DNA of 53,894 bases, from IMG/VR virus record IMGVR_UViG_3300028597_000008; one strand, given 5' to 3'. Positions 9,385-18,190 of this stretch are shown here, piece after piece (within the stretch, counting starts at the first letter, position 1; each line of letters begins with the position of its first letter). The translations under genes and the position numbers were made by a program. The stretch comes from an uncultured virus (IMG/VR IMGVR_UViG_3300028597_000008). Lineage: Duplodnaviria; Heunggongvirae; Uroviricota; Caudoviricetes. Under the pieces are notes generated by a model that saw only the letters and a program-made list of their open reading frames with translations, searched no databases and was not told the DNA's origin.

Positions 9385-10188
9385 ATGAATTTTTTGAAGG
9401 CACTGTGGCGCAGCATTATGCCGGGCGAGAATGGACATTGCGACACGCCTTCTCAATATGTTGTGTGTCCGTACTGCAACATTGCACACAAAGATCAAAC
9501 CCCATTCGAACAGGAACACGCGGGTTTTGAAGAGGGTGAAAACGTTACGCAAATGGTTTACACGTGTGGACACTGCACCGTGAAATCGTTGTGGTTTACG
9601 GATAGTGGCGAATTGCTTTATATCAGTTCCTACGGCGTCACGCTTGGGCAGTTGCGTTATGATGTGCAAGATCATTTCCGTAGCTGGTCAGTTGACGGCA
9701 ACAAACCAACCGGCCTTTTGAAAAGTGCAATTGCTGCGCTGCAATCCAACCTCTACACGCTGCAACGTGAAGAGCAATGGACGCACCGGGAACACTCCGA
9801 AATTTTCAAACAGGGTTGTGCAGTTGATTTGGTTTTGTACGGACTGTTGCTGTCGGGTTCTTCCGAAGTCGGTAGCGAACTTGTAAAACGTTTCACCGTG
9901 AAAACTCCGTGCACTGAAATCGAAACGTATCTGAAAAACCTGCCACGGAATCTGTCGAACAGCCACTACCAAACGCTGCTGCGTAAAATCGCTAAGCACA
10001 TTTCTTATCTGGAATCGTCTTACACCAGCGCATTCAACGTGCCGTACATTTTCGTACAGCCTGCGGTGGAAGCGAGCGCCGCTGATCTTCTGGCAATCGG
10101 TTTGCAAATGCTACAAATGCAAAACAAACAACAATTTCACCAACTCGTTTACGAACGACTGAGACATTTCGTCTTCATGTCAGTATAA
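9385..10188 (+). CDS. Hypothetical protein with N-terminal zinc ribbon
   Basis: CPYC...CGHC; GGTGGGA RBS. Confidence 0.75.
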   Translation: MNFLKALWRSIMPGENGHCDTPSQYVVCPYCNIAHKDQTPFEQEHAGFEEGENVTQMVYTCGHCTVKSLWFTDSGELLYISSYGVTLGQLRYDVQDHFRSWSVDGNKPTGLLKSAIAALQSNLYTLQREEQWTHREHSEIFKQGCAVDLVLYGLLLSGSSEVGSELVKRFTVKTPCTEIETYLKNLPRNLSNSHYQTLLRKIAKHISYLESSYTSAFNVPYIFVQPAVEASAADLLAIGLQMLQMQNKQQFHQLVYERLRHFVFMSV

Positions 10189-10201
10189 AAAGGAAGTAGC
10201 A

Positions 10202-10501
10202 ATGGAAAACCGTCTGCGCGAAAATCTGTTTCAAGCAGTAAAGAACGTAAACGATAAGCTTGTCCTCGACGGCATGGACGCAGCCTTAGAGCGTTTTGTT
10301 CCTCTGTTGGAAATCACGTCAATGGCAAGCGAGTTTATCGTTTACTTTTTTGGACAGGCGGTTTTCAACTCCGAAGAAAACATCATGCTCGAAGGCATGT
10401 ACGACGTGCATACGATTGAGAAAGTTCTCATTCAAAATATCTCGGACGTACGTTCGGTCATGAACCATGTCACGGTGGCGATTCACCAAACCGGGTGCTA
10501 A
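10202..10501 (+). CDS. Hypothetical protein
   Basis: AAGGAAG RBS. Confidence 0.75.
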   Translation: MENRLRENLFQAVKNVNDKLVLDGMDAALERFVPLLEITSMASEFIVYFFGQAVFNSEENIMLEGMYDVHTIEKVLIQNISDVRSVMNHVTVAIHQTGC

Positions 10502-10975
10502 ATGTACGATAGCTACGATGCGTTCACCGATCACCTGAATCTGCTGTCGCCTCGGGATCAAATTTTGTTCGTTGCAGAACTGACGACACGTACCGAAAAA
10601 GATGCGTATCGTTTGTTCTCGCGTGCGCATGTGTGGATTGTTGAGGGTTACAAAAGCACAGAAGATGTTGATTCCCTCGACGCGATTATCCTATCTGCAT
10701 TTGCGTACGCTGATCCTCGATTCAAAACAGGAATTTTGCGGTCTACATACAGCGCACGTCGGTATCTGAAACACTGGCATAGTCTACGCGATAACGCGCA
10801 TGCGCATTTGCAGGAAACCGAAACCCCGGAACGTGCCAAACGTTTGATGGTTGGGTTCTACGAAGAGTATCGGAATTCTACAATTCTTTTTACGCGGTTC
10901 ACTCCGCACCGATCTTTGTGGTCGATGTTTCCACAAGAACATTTGTGGCCGCGCCCGAACTGGAGAAATCTGTGA
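10502..10975 (+). CDS. Hypothetical protein
   Basis: Abuts upstream stop. Confidence 0.7.
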   Translation: MYDSYDAFTDHLNLLSPRDQILFVAELTTRTEKDAYRLFSRAHVWIVEGYKSTEDVDSLDAIILSAFAYADPRFKTGILRSTYSARRYLKHWHSLRDNAHAHLQETETPERAKRLMVGFYEEYRNSTILFTRFTPHRSLWSMFPQEHLWPRPNWRNL

Positions 10976-11412
10976 AAAAACGAATGAGAACGGTGCGTGG
11001 CGAAACTGCTACACGTCGCGTCAAATGGTTTCAGCCAACGTACGGCATGCACAACGGTGAAAAGTACGTTGATATCTTTGTGTATTTCGAAATCACTTTC
11101 GGGCCGGAACCGTACAAGCTGCTTTACGTTGGTGCGCAACTGGGCCTAGACATGAAAGGTCGTGCAGTGCTGCCGGGTAGCCAAGTGTTCGAAGCCGCAC
11201 CGGAGTACATTGCAGCATTCAACTTCGCGGTGCCTGCCGACCGGATTCTCGAAACGGTTGAAAATTTCGGTAGTGAATTGAATCGCCGTATCGAAGAAGA
11301 AAAGAAACACTGGTGGACGCCCGCTGGCGTAACCCGTGGAAACATCATGCGCGGTAAATTGCAAAATGAAGCCGCATACAATCTTGGAATCAACCCGGTA
11401 CACGTTGCATGA
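10972..11412 (+). CDS. Hypothetical protein
   Basis: GTGA overlap; GGAG RBS. Confidence 0.7.
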   Translation: MKKRMRTVRGETATRRVKWFQPTYGMHNGEKYVDIFVYFEITFGPEPYKLLYVGAQLGLDMKGRAVLPGSQVFEAAPEYIAAFNFAVPADRILETVENFGSELNRRIEEEKKHWWTPAGVTRGNIMRGKLQNEAAYNLGINPVHVA

Positions 11413-11738
11413 ATCCTGAACTTAGCGCCATGATCGTAAAAGCCAACACATACGAAAGCAACGGCATGTTCGTAAATCTCTCGCCGCTGTTGAAATACAT
11501 TGAATCGTGTGTGGTTGAGCCGAATCCTGAAAAACTCGACGCCGCAATTAAGCAGTGCATTGTGGAATTGAATACGTTCCCTGCAATCCGTGTTTTGCGT
11601 GCGGCCTACCGTGCCCGGAACAACTGCGCACCGTGGCGCCCGTTCGCCGTGAAGACTTACCACGACTACGTGAAAAAAGTAGGTGAAGAAAAAGCACGCA
11701 CGGATATGTCGGGGTTGACCGAAGGTTTCGTGTCGTGA
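11409..11738 (+). CDS. Hypothetical protein
   Basis: ATGA overlap. Confidence 0.7.
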   Translation: MNPELSAMIVKANTYESNGMFVNLSPLLKYIESCVVEPNPEKLDAAIKQCIVELNTFPAIRVLRAAYRARNNCAPWRPFAVKTYHDYVKKVGEEKARTDMSGLTEGFVS

Positions 11739-11989
11739 TCGGTGGTCTGTTCGGAAAGCAGATTGTTGAAAGCGCTTTGTTGCTTCGGGATCGCAAACAT
11801 CTGCGCGAACGCAAGTGGGCACACCGTAAAATGTGGAGACGTGAAAAACGTTTCAACGTTACGACCGATCAAGTGCCTTACATGGTGGAAACGAACGGTG
11901 TGATTTATGCACATCCGATAATCGTCCGTCGCATCAAAGAGGAAGTGCCGAGCGCAGATTTGGCAAAACTGGGGATTAAATTCATATGA
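11735..11989 (+). CDS. Hypothetical protein
   Basis: GTGA overlap. Confidence 0.7.
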   Translation: MIGGLFGKQIVESALLLRDRKHLRERKWAHRKMWRREKRFNVTTDQVPYMVETNGVIYAHPIIVRRIKEEVPSADLAKLGIKFI

Positions 11990-12576
11990 GTATTTTTTCA
12001 CGTAGCTATGTTCGTGTTGTAAAACGCCACGCCGATTGCTGCGAAGGCGACGAAGACGGTTACATTTATCAGGTGCAAGTCTGCGACGTAGTTTTTTACA
12101 AGCCTTTTACCCGTGTGTGGCGTGACCGCTATCAGGGCGACGCTTTCCGTGGTGCACGACGTGAACTGCAACACGCGGAATCCATTGCACGCACGTTCGC
12201 AACTGCACACAAAGCCGAGTACCTTGGCGTTCATGATTCCACGGTTCGTGCGCCGTTGAATCCAGTACAAAAACTGTTGAAGAAAATTCGCAAATTCTTT
12301 ACAGGCCCACAAGGTGAACAAGGAATCCCCGGCGCCCCCGGCTATCAAGGCCCGATGGGAATGCGTGGCCCGGCTTACGACGATTTGCAATGTCCTCACT
12401 GTAAATACTATCGTTCGCAAACCGGCGTAGGCTTGTTCATGGAAGCGGAAGTCGGTGGTGTGTTTTCGTACCAGTGCCGAAACAAAAAGTGCAATGAAAA
12501 ATCGTTCTGGAAACCAATCAATGGACTGTGGGTCTGGCAAGGCCCGAAGGTGGAACCTGATGACTCACTACGTTGA
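11986..12576 (+). CDS. Protein with short collagen-like G-X-Y repeat and C-terminal zinc ribbon
   Basis: GPQGEQGIPGAPGYQGPMGMRGP; CPHC...CRNKKC. Confidence 0.75.
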   Translation: MSIFSRSYVRVVKRHADCCEGDEDGYIYQVQVCDVVFYKPFTRVWRDRYQGDAFRGARRELQHAESIARTFATAHKAEYLGVHDSTVRAPLNPVQKLLKKIRKFFTGPQGEQGIPGAPGYQGPMGMRGPAYDDLQCPHCKYYRSQTGVGLFMEAEVGGVFSYQCRNKKCNEKSFWKPINGLWVWQGPKVEPDDSLR

Positions 12577-13312
12577 TTTCGGTCTGATTACGCACAACAA
12601 ACAATTCGTGACGCTCGCCCTCACAAATGAGTTGCCACCGGAAAGATATGAAGCGGTGCGCTTTGCTGTGCAATCCTACGTGCGCCGCATTGTTAGCAGT
12701 TTGATTTTCGGCGATGTGACACTGAGTGAAGCACGCGAAAGTTTCACTAACTGCATGCAGGTACTGGCTAAACACGGTGTGGAAATCGCACGTCGGCCAA
12801 TGGTGGAACGCGAAGAGCGTAACGCTATTTGCAAAAACGTTCCCCATTACGATTTCATGATTGTTGAAGGTGACGAATTCAGCCGACGCACGTTGATACA
12901 TGCTGCGTACGAAAGTTTTGCATTGGCAACGATTGCAGAATTTGTGCACGATCATCGCGGTGAGGCCATTGATAGCTACATGCATGATCGACTGCATCAT
13001 CAGATTGATGATTCCATTCGCCTTTTGATGCCGAACCGACGCTACGGAAATCGCCCCGGCACTCTGGAATTTCAGCGTGAGGCAATTTACAAGGCGCCGG
13101 AAGACGTGCCGAGTTTCTTTGAAGATCGTCAACGTCCAGCGTTCCGCCGACCGATGCCAGTGCATATTGGGTACAAGTATCACTTCTACGCACCGACACA
13201 CAATTTCCAAATCTACATCTGCAAAGATTTCCGCAATTTGGAAATGGAGACGTGTCGGGCAGAAGGCATTGACGATTGGTTGCCTCAGTCGTTGCGCCCG
13301 CGCATGAGTTGA
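12560..13312 (+). CDS. Hypothetical protein
   Basis: AAGGTGG RBS; overlaps upstream stop. Confidence 0.7.
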   Translation: MTHYVDFGLITHNKQFVTLALTNELPPERYEAVRFAVQSYVRRIVSSLIFGDVTLSEARESFTNCMQVLAKHGVEIARRPMVEREERNAICKNVPHYDFMIVEGDEFSRRTLIHAAYESFALATIAEFVHDHRGEAIDSYMHDRLHHQIDDSIRLLMPNRRYGNRPGTLEFQREAIYKAPEDVPSFFEDRQRPAFRRPMPVHIGYKYHFYAPTHNFQIYICKDFRNLEMETCRAEGIDDWLPQSLRPRMS

Positions 13313-13347
13313 GTAATTTAGCCATAACACCTAAAAAGGAGAGTGTT

Positions 13348-13965
13348 ATGGCTATTCAAGAAATCACTGGGAAAATTTCCAGTAAATACGAAAGCGGCGG
13401 TCGTGGTGTTGCAACTGTTTCGACCGGCAAGGGTGACGCGGGCGGCGTAAGCTACGGCGCACACCAACTGGCTTCGAAAACCGGCACCATGGCTGCGTTT
13501 CTCAATTCATCTTTTGGTTCCAGCTACAAAGCTCGTTTCGGTAACACCCAACCGGGCACCAAAGAATTCAGCGCGATCTATTCGGCAATTGCTAAAGAAC
13601 GTCCGCTGGAATTTGAAATGAATCAATTCCTCTACATCGCGTCTACGCACTACGAACCGCAGGCCAAGAAACTCAAAGCCAACGGTATCGACGTGTACTC
13701 GCGCAACGTTGCTGTTCGTGAATGCGTGTTCAGTGTTTCCGTGCAATACGGCCCCAACACCGGGTTCATTGTCGAAGCACTGGGTGCCAATTACAAAGGC
13801 ACGGATGCGGACTTTATCGAACGTGTGCAGAACCATCGTCGCGATACTGTAAAGACACGATTCAAATCCAGTAGCAAAAATGTGCAGGACAACATTGCGA
13901 AACGTGCAATGGACGAAAAAGCCGACCTGCTCAAGCTGCTGAAAACTTCACAGCAAACGGTATAA
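13348..13965 (+). CDS. Putative peptidoglycan hydrolase (lysozyme-like, VgrG3 C-terminal-like)
   Basis: SSKYESGG...STGKGDAGGVSYGAHQLASKTGT and FSVSVQYGP motifs; AAGGAG RBS. Confidence 0.7.
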   Translation: MAIQEITGKISSKYESGGRGVATVSTGKGDAGGVSYGAHQLASKTGTMAAFLNSSFGSSYKARFGNTQPGTKEFSAIYSAIAKERPLEFEMNQFLYIASTHYEPQAKKLKANGIDVYSRNVAVRECVFSVSVQYGPNTGFIVEALGANYKGTDADFIERVQNHRRDTVKTRFKSSSKNVQDNIAKRAMDEKADLLKLLKTSQQTV

Positions 13966-13971
13966 ACGCAA

Positions 13972-14442
13972 ATGACTGCACGCGCATTCCTCATTTCAAC
14001 TCCACCACTTCGCCCTGACGTGGAAAAACGCCAGCCACCGAAACATATTCCCGTAGACAGCATTGTGCTGATTCAAGCGGATACGAAATACGTTGACGTG
14101 TATGACGCTGATGGCACCAGTTACATTCTGGATTCCGAAAAAGAAAATACGATCAAAGCATTGGCATTAGAATTCAGCGATGTGTTCGTTGAAGTTTGCC
14201 GTGGTTGTCTGGTTCGACGTTCTGAAATCCGGGCCGTGACTGCTGGCGACAAAAGCGCAACCGAAGTCGTGTTGAAGTGTGGCATGCGTGTGCCTATTTC
14301 GCGCAGAAACAAAGCGGCAATCAGAAGGTTGGTTGCCGACTTCCGTGACACGTTGCCAAAGCCTCGTTGTGAGATTGTAGAAGACAACACCGATTTCGAA
14401 AACAACGTTCTCGACGTTACGTTTGAAATTCGCCATGCGTAA
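13972..14442 (+). CDS. Stand-alone LytTR DNA-binding domain protein (AlgR C-terminus-like)
   Basis: IP...I..I.AD.KYV, KAL..EF...F....R..LV and VPISRR motifs; no receiver domain. Confidence 0.8.
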   Translation: MTARAFLISTPPLRPDVEKRQPPKHIPVDSIVLIQADTKYVDVYDADGTSYILDSEKENTIKALALEFSDVFVEVCRGCLVRRSEIRAVTAGDKSATEVVLKCGMRVPISRRNKAAIRRLVADFRDTLPKPRCEIVEDNTDFENNVLDVTFEIRHA

Positions 14443-14641
14443 TCATTACATCGACGGTTTTACGGTTTGGGGCGTACAACACGAAATCAATCCAAATACT
14501 TTCGATCTAGAAGCGCAACGCTGGCCGGTATCCTTTCACCATGGTGAAAATGAGGCTAATCAGGAAATGGCCGAACTGAATCAAAAGGGCCATGAGTATG
14601 ATTACTTGTTTGTCGAAGCTGACCGCCAGTATGACCCGTGA
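14435..14641 (+). CDS. Hypothetical protein
   Basis: Overlaps upstream stop. Confidence 0.65.
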   Translation: MRNHYIDGFTVWGVQHEINPNTFDLEAQRWPVSFHHGENEANQEMAELNQKGHEYDYLFVEADRQYDP

Positions 14642-14666
14642 GGGCCTTCTGTGCTGGCCTTCTGCC

Positions 14667-14753
14667 TTGACATAGGGGCGCCAGCGCTGTACCATGGGCG
14701 ATACGGGCGAGGTGTGCCCGGTGATGATCTACTCACACGATAACGGAAGTTGA
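14667..14753 (+). promoter_or_regulatory. Sigma70-type promoter plus conserved leader, copy 1
   Basis: TTGACA-17-TACCAT; CGGGCG-AGGTG-TGCCCG; CTCACACGATAACGGAAGTTGA. Confidence 0.8.
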
Positions 14754-14766
14754 AGAGGGCTACACC

Positions 14767-15141
14767 ATGAGCAAAGACGAAGGCTTTCCCGACATTCTTT
14801 TCATGTACAACAGCATTCCCGAGGAAACATCGTTTTTCCTGATTCCCGGCGAAGCTGAAATGAGCGTGAATCTGCGTAAAGCAATTCTTGGCATCGACGG
14901 TTTGATCGTAAATGCCACCGATGTTGAAAACGACGGAAAGGTTTGGAAGCACTGGGCGTATGTTCTCGCCGCCCTTACCGTAAAAGCCGAACATCTGGAC
15001 GCCGACAACGAGTTCGACCAGAACCGTTTCCACGGCCATCTGTTGCCGTTCAAACTGCCTGACGAAAAGTTGGGTGACGGCGGTACGAAAATCGAAACCA
15101 CTGGTGATTTGGTTTTGGTTCGTTCCGGCATCATCATGTAA
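14767..15141 (+). CDS. Hypothetical protein
   Basis: GAGGG RBS. Confidence 0.75.
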   Translation: MSKDEGFPDILFMYNSIPEETSFFLIPGEAEMSVNLRKAILGIDGLIVNATDVENDGKVWKHWAYVLAALTVKAEHLDADNEFDQNRFHGHLLPFKLPDEKLGDGGTKIETTGDLVLVRSGIIM

Positions 15142-15158
15142 CAACGCAACACGCAACA

Positions 15159-15191
15159 ATGCGGAATCGGTCGTGGCAATTGATTCTGCAT
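15159..15191 (+). other. Intergenic hairpin, possible variant of the TG-NNS-ATY family
   Basis: ATGCGGAATCGGT/ATTGATTCTGCAT; A-U replaces the family U.G pair; 29 nt before ATG. Confidence 0.5.
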
Positions 15192-15220
15192 CCTAATCCA
15201 GCCACAAGTGAGAAAAAGAA

Positions 15221-15550
15221 ATGACTGTAAAAATTGACCAAGTACGCATCGAAGAACGTGTCGAAGCAATCCTGCACGAATTCAATTCGGATAGCACACG
15301 CACTATGATGGTCGTTGACCACAATGCGCTTTATGAAGCGTGCCGGTTGCAACGTACCCCGAAGAAAGGTTTCGGTGAAATTGTGTCCGACACGTTGACT
15401 GGTCACAGTCTGTGCAAACGTTACGGTCATTTCGTCTACACTCAAATTGACGGTGCGTCATGGGTGTTCGTGAAAATCTGCAAAACCAGCGAATGGAAAG
15501 ATTTGTCTGCCAGTCGCATTGCTGACTTCGAAGACCTCTACAAAGAGTAA
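15221..15550 (+). CDS. Hypothetical protein
   Basis: ORF followed by terminator. Confidence 0.75.
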   Translation: MTVKIDQVRIEERVEAILHEFNSDSTRTMMVVDHNALYEACRLQRTPKKGFGEIVSDTLTGHSLCKRYGHFVYTQIDGASWVFVKICKTSEWKDLSASRIADFEDLYKE

Positions 15551-15557
15551 CCTACAG

Positions 15558-15591
15558 AAAGCCTCGCTTATATAGCGGGGCTTTTTCGTTT
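15558..15591 (+). terminator. Rho-independent terminator
   Basis: AAAGCCTCGCT-TATAT-AGCGGGGCTTT-TTCGTTT. Confidence 0.85.
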
Positions 15592-15631
15592 CTGCGCCCT
15601 TTTTCCACGCCTTCCACATTCAGGTTCTGCC

Positions 15632-16135
15632 ATGAATATTTTCGCTACACACCGTGATCCACAAATCAGCGCTCGCCAACATTGCGATGTGCATGTAATC
15701 AAAATGGTGACGGAGGCCGCACAACTTCTTTCCACCGCGCACGTCGTAATCGACAACAACGAAATCGCATATCGCAAGACGCATGAAAATCACCCGTGTG
15801 CAATTTGGGTTCGTGAGTCGTCTGCGAATTATCGTTGGGCCTACGAATTTTATTGCTGCCTGCTGGACGAATACGAATACCGATTCGACAAACAACATGC
15901 AGCCGCTCGCCATATGTACGCATTGGCACAGGTTCCAAATATTCCCGATTTGGGACTGACGCCATTTGCGCAAGCAATGCCCGAGGAACTGCAACAGGTA
16001 AACCCTCACTTCGCCTACCGCATCTATATGCGTGTAAAGCTGCGCGAATGGAACGAACGCAAACGCAAGGTACGCACCACGTTTACCCGGCGCATCGTTC
16101 CCCTGTTCCTGCATAACGTCGCAACCACGAGTTGA
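15632..16135 (+). CDS. Pyrimidine dimer DNA glycosylase / endonuclease V-like family protein
   Basis: MNIF..., HCD.HV.KM..E.AQLLSTAH and YRKTHENHPC.IW.RES..NY.W motifs. Confidence 0.8.
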   Translation: MNIFATHRDPQISARQHCDVHVIKMVTEAAQLLSTAHVVIDNNEIAYRKTHENHPCAIWVRESSANYRWAYEFYCCLLDEYEYRFDKQHAAARHMYALAQVPNIPDLGLTPFAQAMPEELQQVNPHFAYRIYMRVKLREWNERKRKVRTTFTRRIVPLFLHNVATTS

Positions 16136-16219
16136 CGGCACCGATTCGAAACGGTATCTTTTGGCTCGTGGGCAAAGTGTGCCCGAAAGAAAAGTTCTCA
16201 CGTACATAAGGAAAGTTGA
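16132..16219 (+). promoter_or_regulatory. Sigma70-type promoter plus conserved leader, copy 2
   Basis: TTGACG-17-TATCTT; GGGCA-AAGTG-TGCCC-GAAAGAAAAGTTCTCAC..ATAAGGAAAGTTGA. Confidence 0.8.
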
Positions 16220-16220
16220 T

Positions 16221-16385
16221 ATGTACCGCTCTGCCGGAATAACCCTAATGTGGTTGATGTGCGTTTTCAGTGGTTGCGGCGTCTACATTTCGTACACAAC
16301 CAAATACGCCGCACAGGGCGCGATTATTTCTGTGTTCGCGTTGATCGTCATTGCAACCACCGCGTTTCTAATCAGGAGAAAATAA
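16221..16385 (+). CDS. Small membrane protein (two hydrophobic segments)
   Basis: ATG directly after conserved leader RBS. Confidence 0.7.
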   Translation: MYRSAGITLMWLMCVFSGCGVYISYTTKYAAQGAIISVFALIVIATTAFLIRRK

Positions 16386-16386
16386 A

Positions 16387-16542
16387 ATGGAACAGGAAGC
16401 TTTGTACGTCGTCACTTACGAAAGCGGCGACACGCAAGAAGAGTACGGCGCTGATGAAGCAGACGTACGCGATTTCATTTCGCGTTGCTTCAAATTCAAA
16501 GGGCCGATCAAATCCGTCGAACTGTTCAAAGGTGAGGCATGA
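16387..16542 (+). CDS. Small hypothetical protein (51 aa, not in ORF track)
   Basis: AGGAG RBS; MEQEALYVVTYESGDTQEEY...KGEA; stop overlaps next ATG. Confidence 0.7.
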   Translation: MEQEALYVVTYESGDTQEEYGADEADVRDFISRCFKFKGPIKSVELFKGEA

Positions 16543-16853
16543 ACATGAAACGTTTCTCTGTCCCTGAAATGGATTTCGATAACGGGCGCCTGCTAAAAGT
16601 CGGTCAGCGTGTGAGTGTGAAAACTCGCCACGGCACCGAAGGTAAAGGCCGCATCACGACAATTCATTTTGGTGAAGGCCCACCACCAATGATGATGCTG
16701 GAAATGGACGCCGATACCGTTTACTCCGAAGTGTGTGAACGCGGTTGGGTTAAAGATGAAATCCGGCTGAAAGAGTTCGGCGCGTTCGGCGGTGAGATTC
16801 AAGAAATTCTTTCGGAACCGGTCGAGGCTGAAAACAAGCCACGTCTCCACTGA
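16539..16853 (+). CDS. Hypothetical protein (SH3/KOW-like start)
   Basis: D.NGRLLKVGQRVSV...G.I..I pattern. Confidence 0.7.
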   Translation: MNMKRFSVPEMDFDNGRLLKVGQRVSVKTRHGTEGKGRITTIHFGEGPPPMMMLEMDADTVYSEVCERGWVKDEIRLKEFGAFGGEIQEILSEPVEAENKPRLH

Positions 16854-16864
16854 GATAAATCATT

Positions 16865-16888
16865 CTGCACATTCTACGGAGTGTGCAG
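16865..16888 (+). repeat. Conserved intergenic hairpin H1
   Basis: CTGCACATTC-TACG-GAGTGTGCAG (cUACGg tetraloop). Confidence 0.85.
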
Positions 16889-16928
16889 GCGGATTAAACT
16901 CAAACCACAACGCAAGGAATCATACGAA

Positions 16929-17507
16929 ATGGCAATCTCCAAGAAATGGACTGTGAACGACGAACAGGGCATGAAAGACGTGCGCGCAGAAATGGCACGC
17001 CTGCAAGGTGAAATGCAAGTGTACGAGGCTGCAAAAGCCGCTGGTGAATCCGCGTACCATTTCCGTTTGACGCGGCGCAAACCGTTGCACAAAATTTTGG
17101 CCGAGTTCGAAAAGACTGAGCGCTGCCTCGTGAATCTGAATGGCTTTGATGAAGTTGTGCCTCTTTACGCATACGACGAAAACGGTCTGACCCGTATGGA
17201 AGCGCAGCCGTTGAACTTCGATCCGCGTTATGTGTTCGGCTGGTCTGAGTACGAATACAAAATCGAAAACGGCGTTTCTCTGCGTGTAGGTTTCGGTATT
17301 GAACCGAATCAGGAAGACGACGTACCGCGTTTCAGCGTTGAATTGCTGTGCAGCGGAAACGAGACGTTCCTAAAAGATCGTAAGCTGCTGTCGGACATTC
17401 CGCGCAGTGCACCGCAGAAGTACACGCACCACCAATTGACTATGGCAGTGCTGAAACGCCTGACGCAATTAGAGCAGGCTGAAACCAAACCGCGCCGCCG
17501 TCGCTAA
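16929..17507 (+). CDS. Hypothetical protein
   Basis: AAGGA RBS. Confidence 0.75.
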   Translation: MAISKKWTVNDEQGMKDVRAEMARLQGEMQVYEAAKAAGESAYHFRLTRRKPLHKILAEFEKTERCLVNLNGFDEVVPLYAYDENGLTRMEAQPLNFDPRYVFGWSEYEYKIENGVSLRVGFGIEPNQEDDVPRFSVELLCSGNETFLKDRKLLSDIPRSAPQKYTHHQLTMAVLKRLTQLEQAETKPRRRR

Positions 17508-17522
17508 AAGCAATTATGAGAG

Positions 17523-17550
17523 AACCCGCCAAGTGCGGGTTTTTTCGTTT
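17523..17550 (+). terminator. Rho-independent terminator
   Basis: AACCCGC-CAAGT-GCGGGTT-TTTTCGTTT. Confidence 0.85.
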
Positions 17551-17579
17551 GTGTAGGAACCCAAAACGGAGATTTACCC

Positions 17580-17756
17580 GTGTGGCTGAATTTGCTTCCC
17601 GCTGCATTTATGATTGCGGTGCTGCTAATCGTTGGTGGCATCATGTGGAACGAGTGGCGCAAAACAATGCGCCTGAAAGAGCATTATCGGAAACGGCGTG
17701 AAACCTTCGACGCTGAAATTGCACGCATCATGGAGAAACAAGAAAATGACCAGTAA
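17580..17756 (+). CDS. Small membrane protein (58 aa, not in ORF track)
   Basis: GGAG RBS, GTG start; MWLNLLPAAFMIAVLLIVGGIMW then charged tail. Confidence 0.65.
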   Translation: MWLNLLPAAFMIAVLLIVGGIMWNEWRKTMRLKEHYRKRRETFDAEIARIMEKQENDQ

Positions 17757-18024
17757 ACAAAATCCCGACGCACTCGACCTTCTGCGCGTTCGCCGAAATC
17801 ATTTGGCGCGCACTGATGCAGATTGCTACGTCAACCAAAAAGAGGTGAACACGGTTTGGCTGATGGAAGAGGAAATCAAACGCGGTCGTGAAGCAGAACG
17901 TCGGGCCGCAGATTACTTCGACTTCCTGAAAACTTTGAAGGAGGGTGAATATTGGGACTGGGTTACTTTCGTTGACTTCCACCACAAACGGGAAAACGAA
18001 CGGGCGGGTGAACCGGAAGACTAA
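17746..18024 (+). CDS. Hypothetical protein
   Basis: GGAG RBS. Confidence 0.7.
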   Translation: MTSKQNPDALDLLRVRRNHLARTDADCYVNQKEVNTVWLMEEEIKRGREAERRAADYFDFLKTLKEGEYWDWVTFVDFHHKRENERAGEPED

Positions 18025-18099
18025 GCCGCTTCTATACATACGCGGGCGCGTACGCACATATAGAAGGCGTACGCCCTGCAAGAAAGTTTGTGCGGCCTG

Positions 18100-18188
18100 T
18101 TGACAGGAAACGGTGAAAGCCTCATATTGCATTCACCGGGACAAAGTGTGCCCGAAAGAAAAGTTCTCACACAGATAAGGAAAGTTGA
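18100..18188 (+). promoter_or_regulatory. Sigma70-type promoter plus conserved leader, copy 3
   Basis: TTGACA-17-CATATT; CGGGACAAAGTGTGCCCG-AAAGAAAAGTTCTCACACAGATAAGGAAAGTTGA. Confidence 0.85.
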
Positions 18189-18190
18189 AC

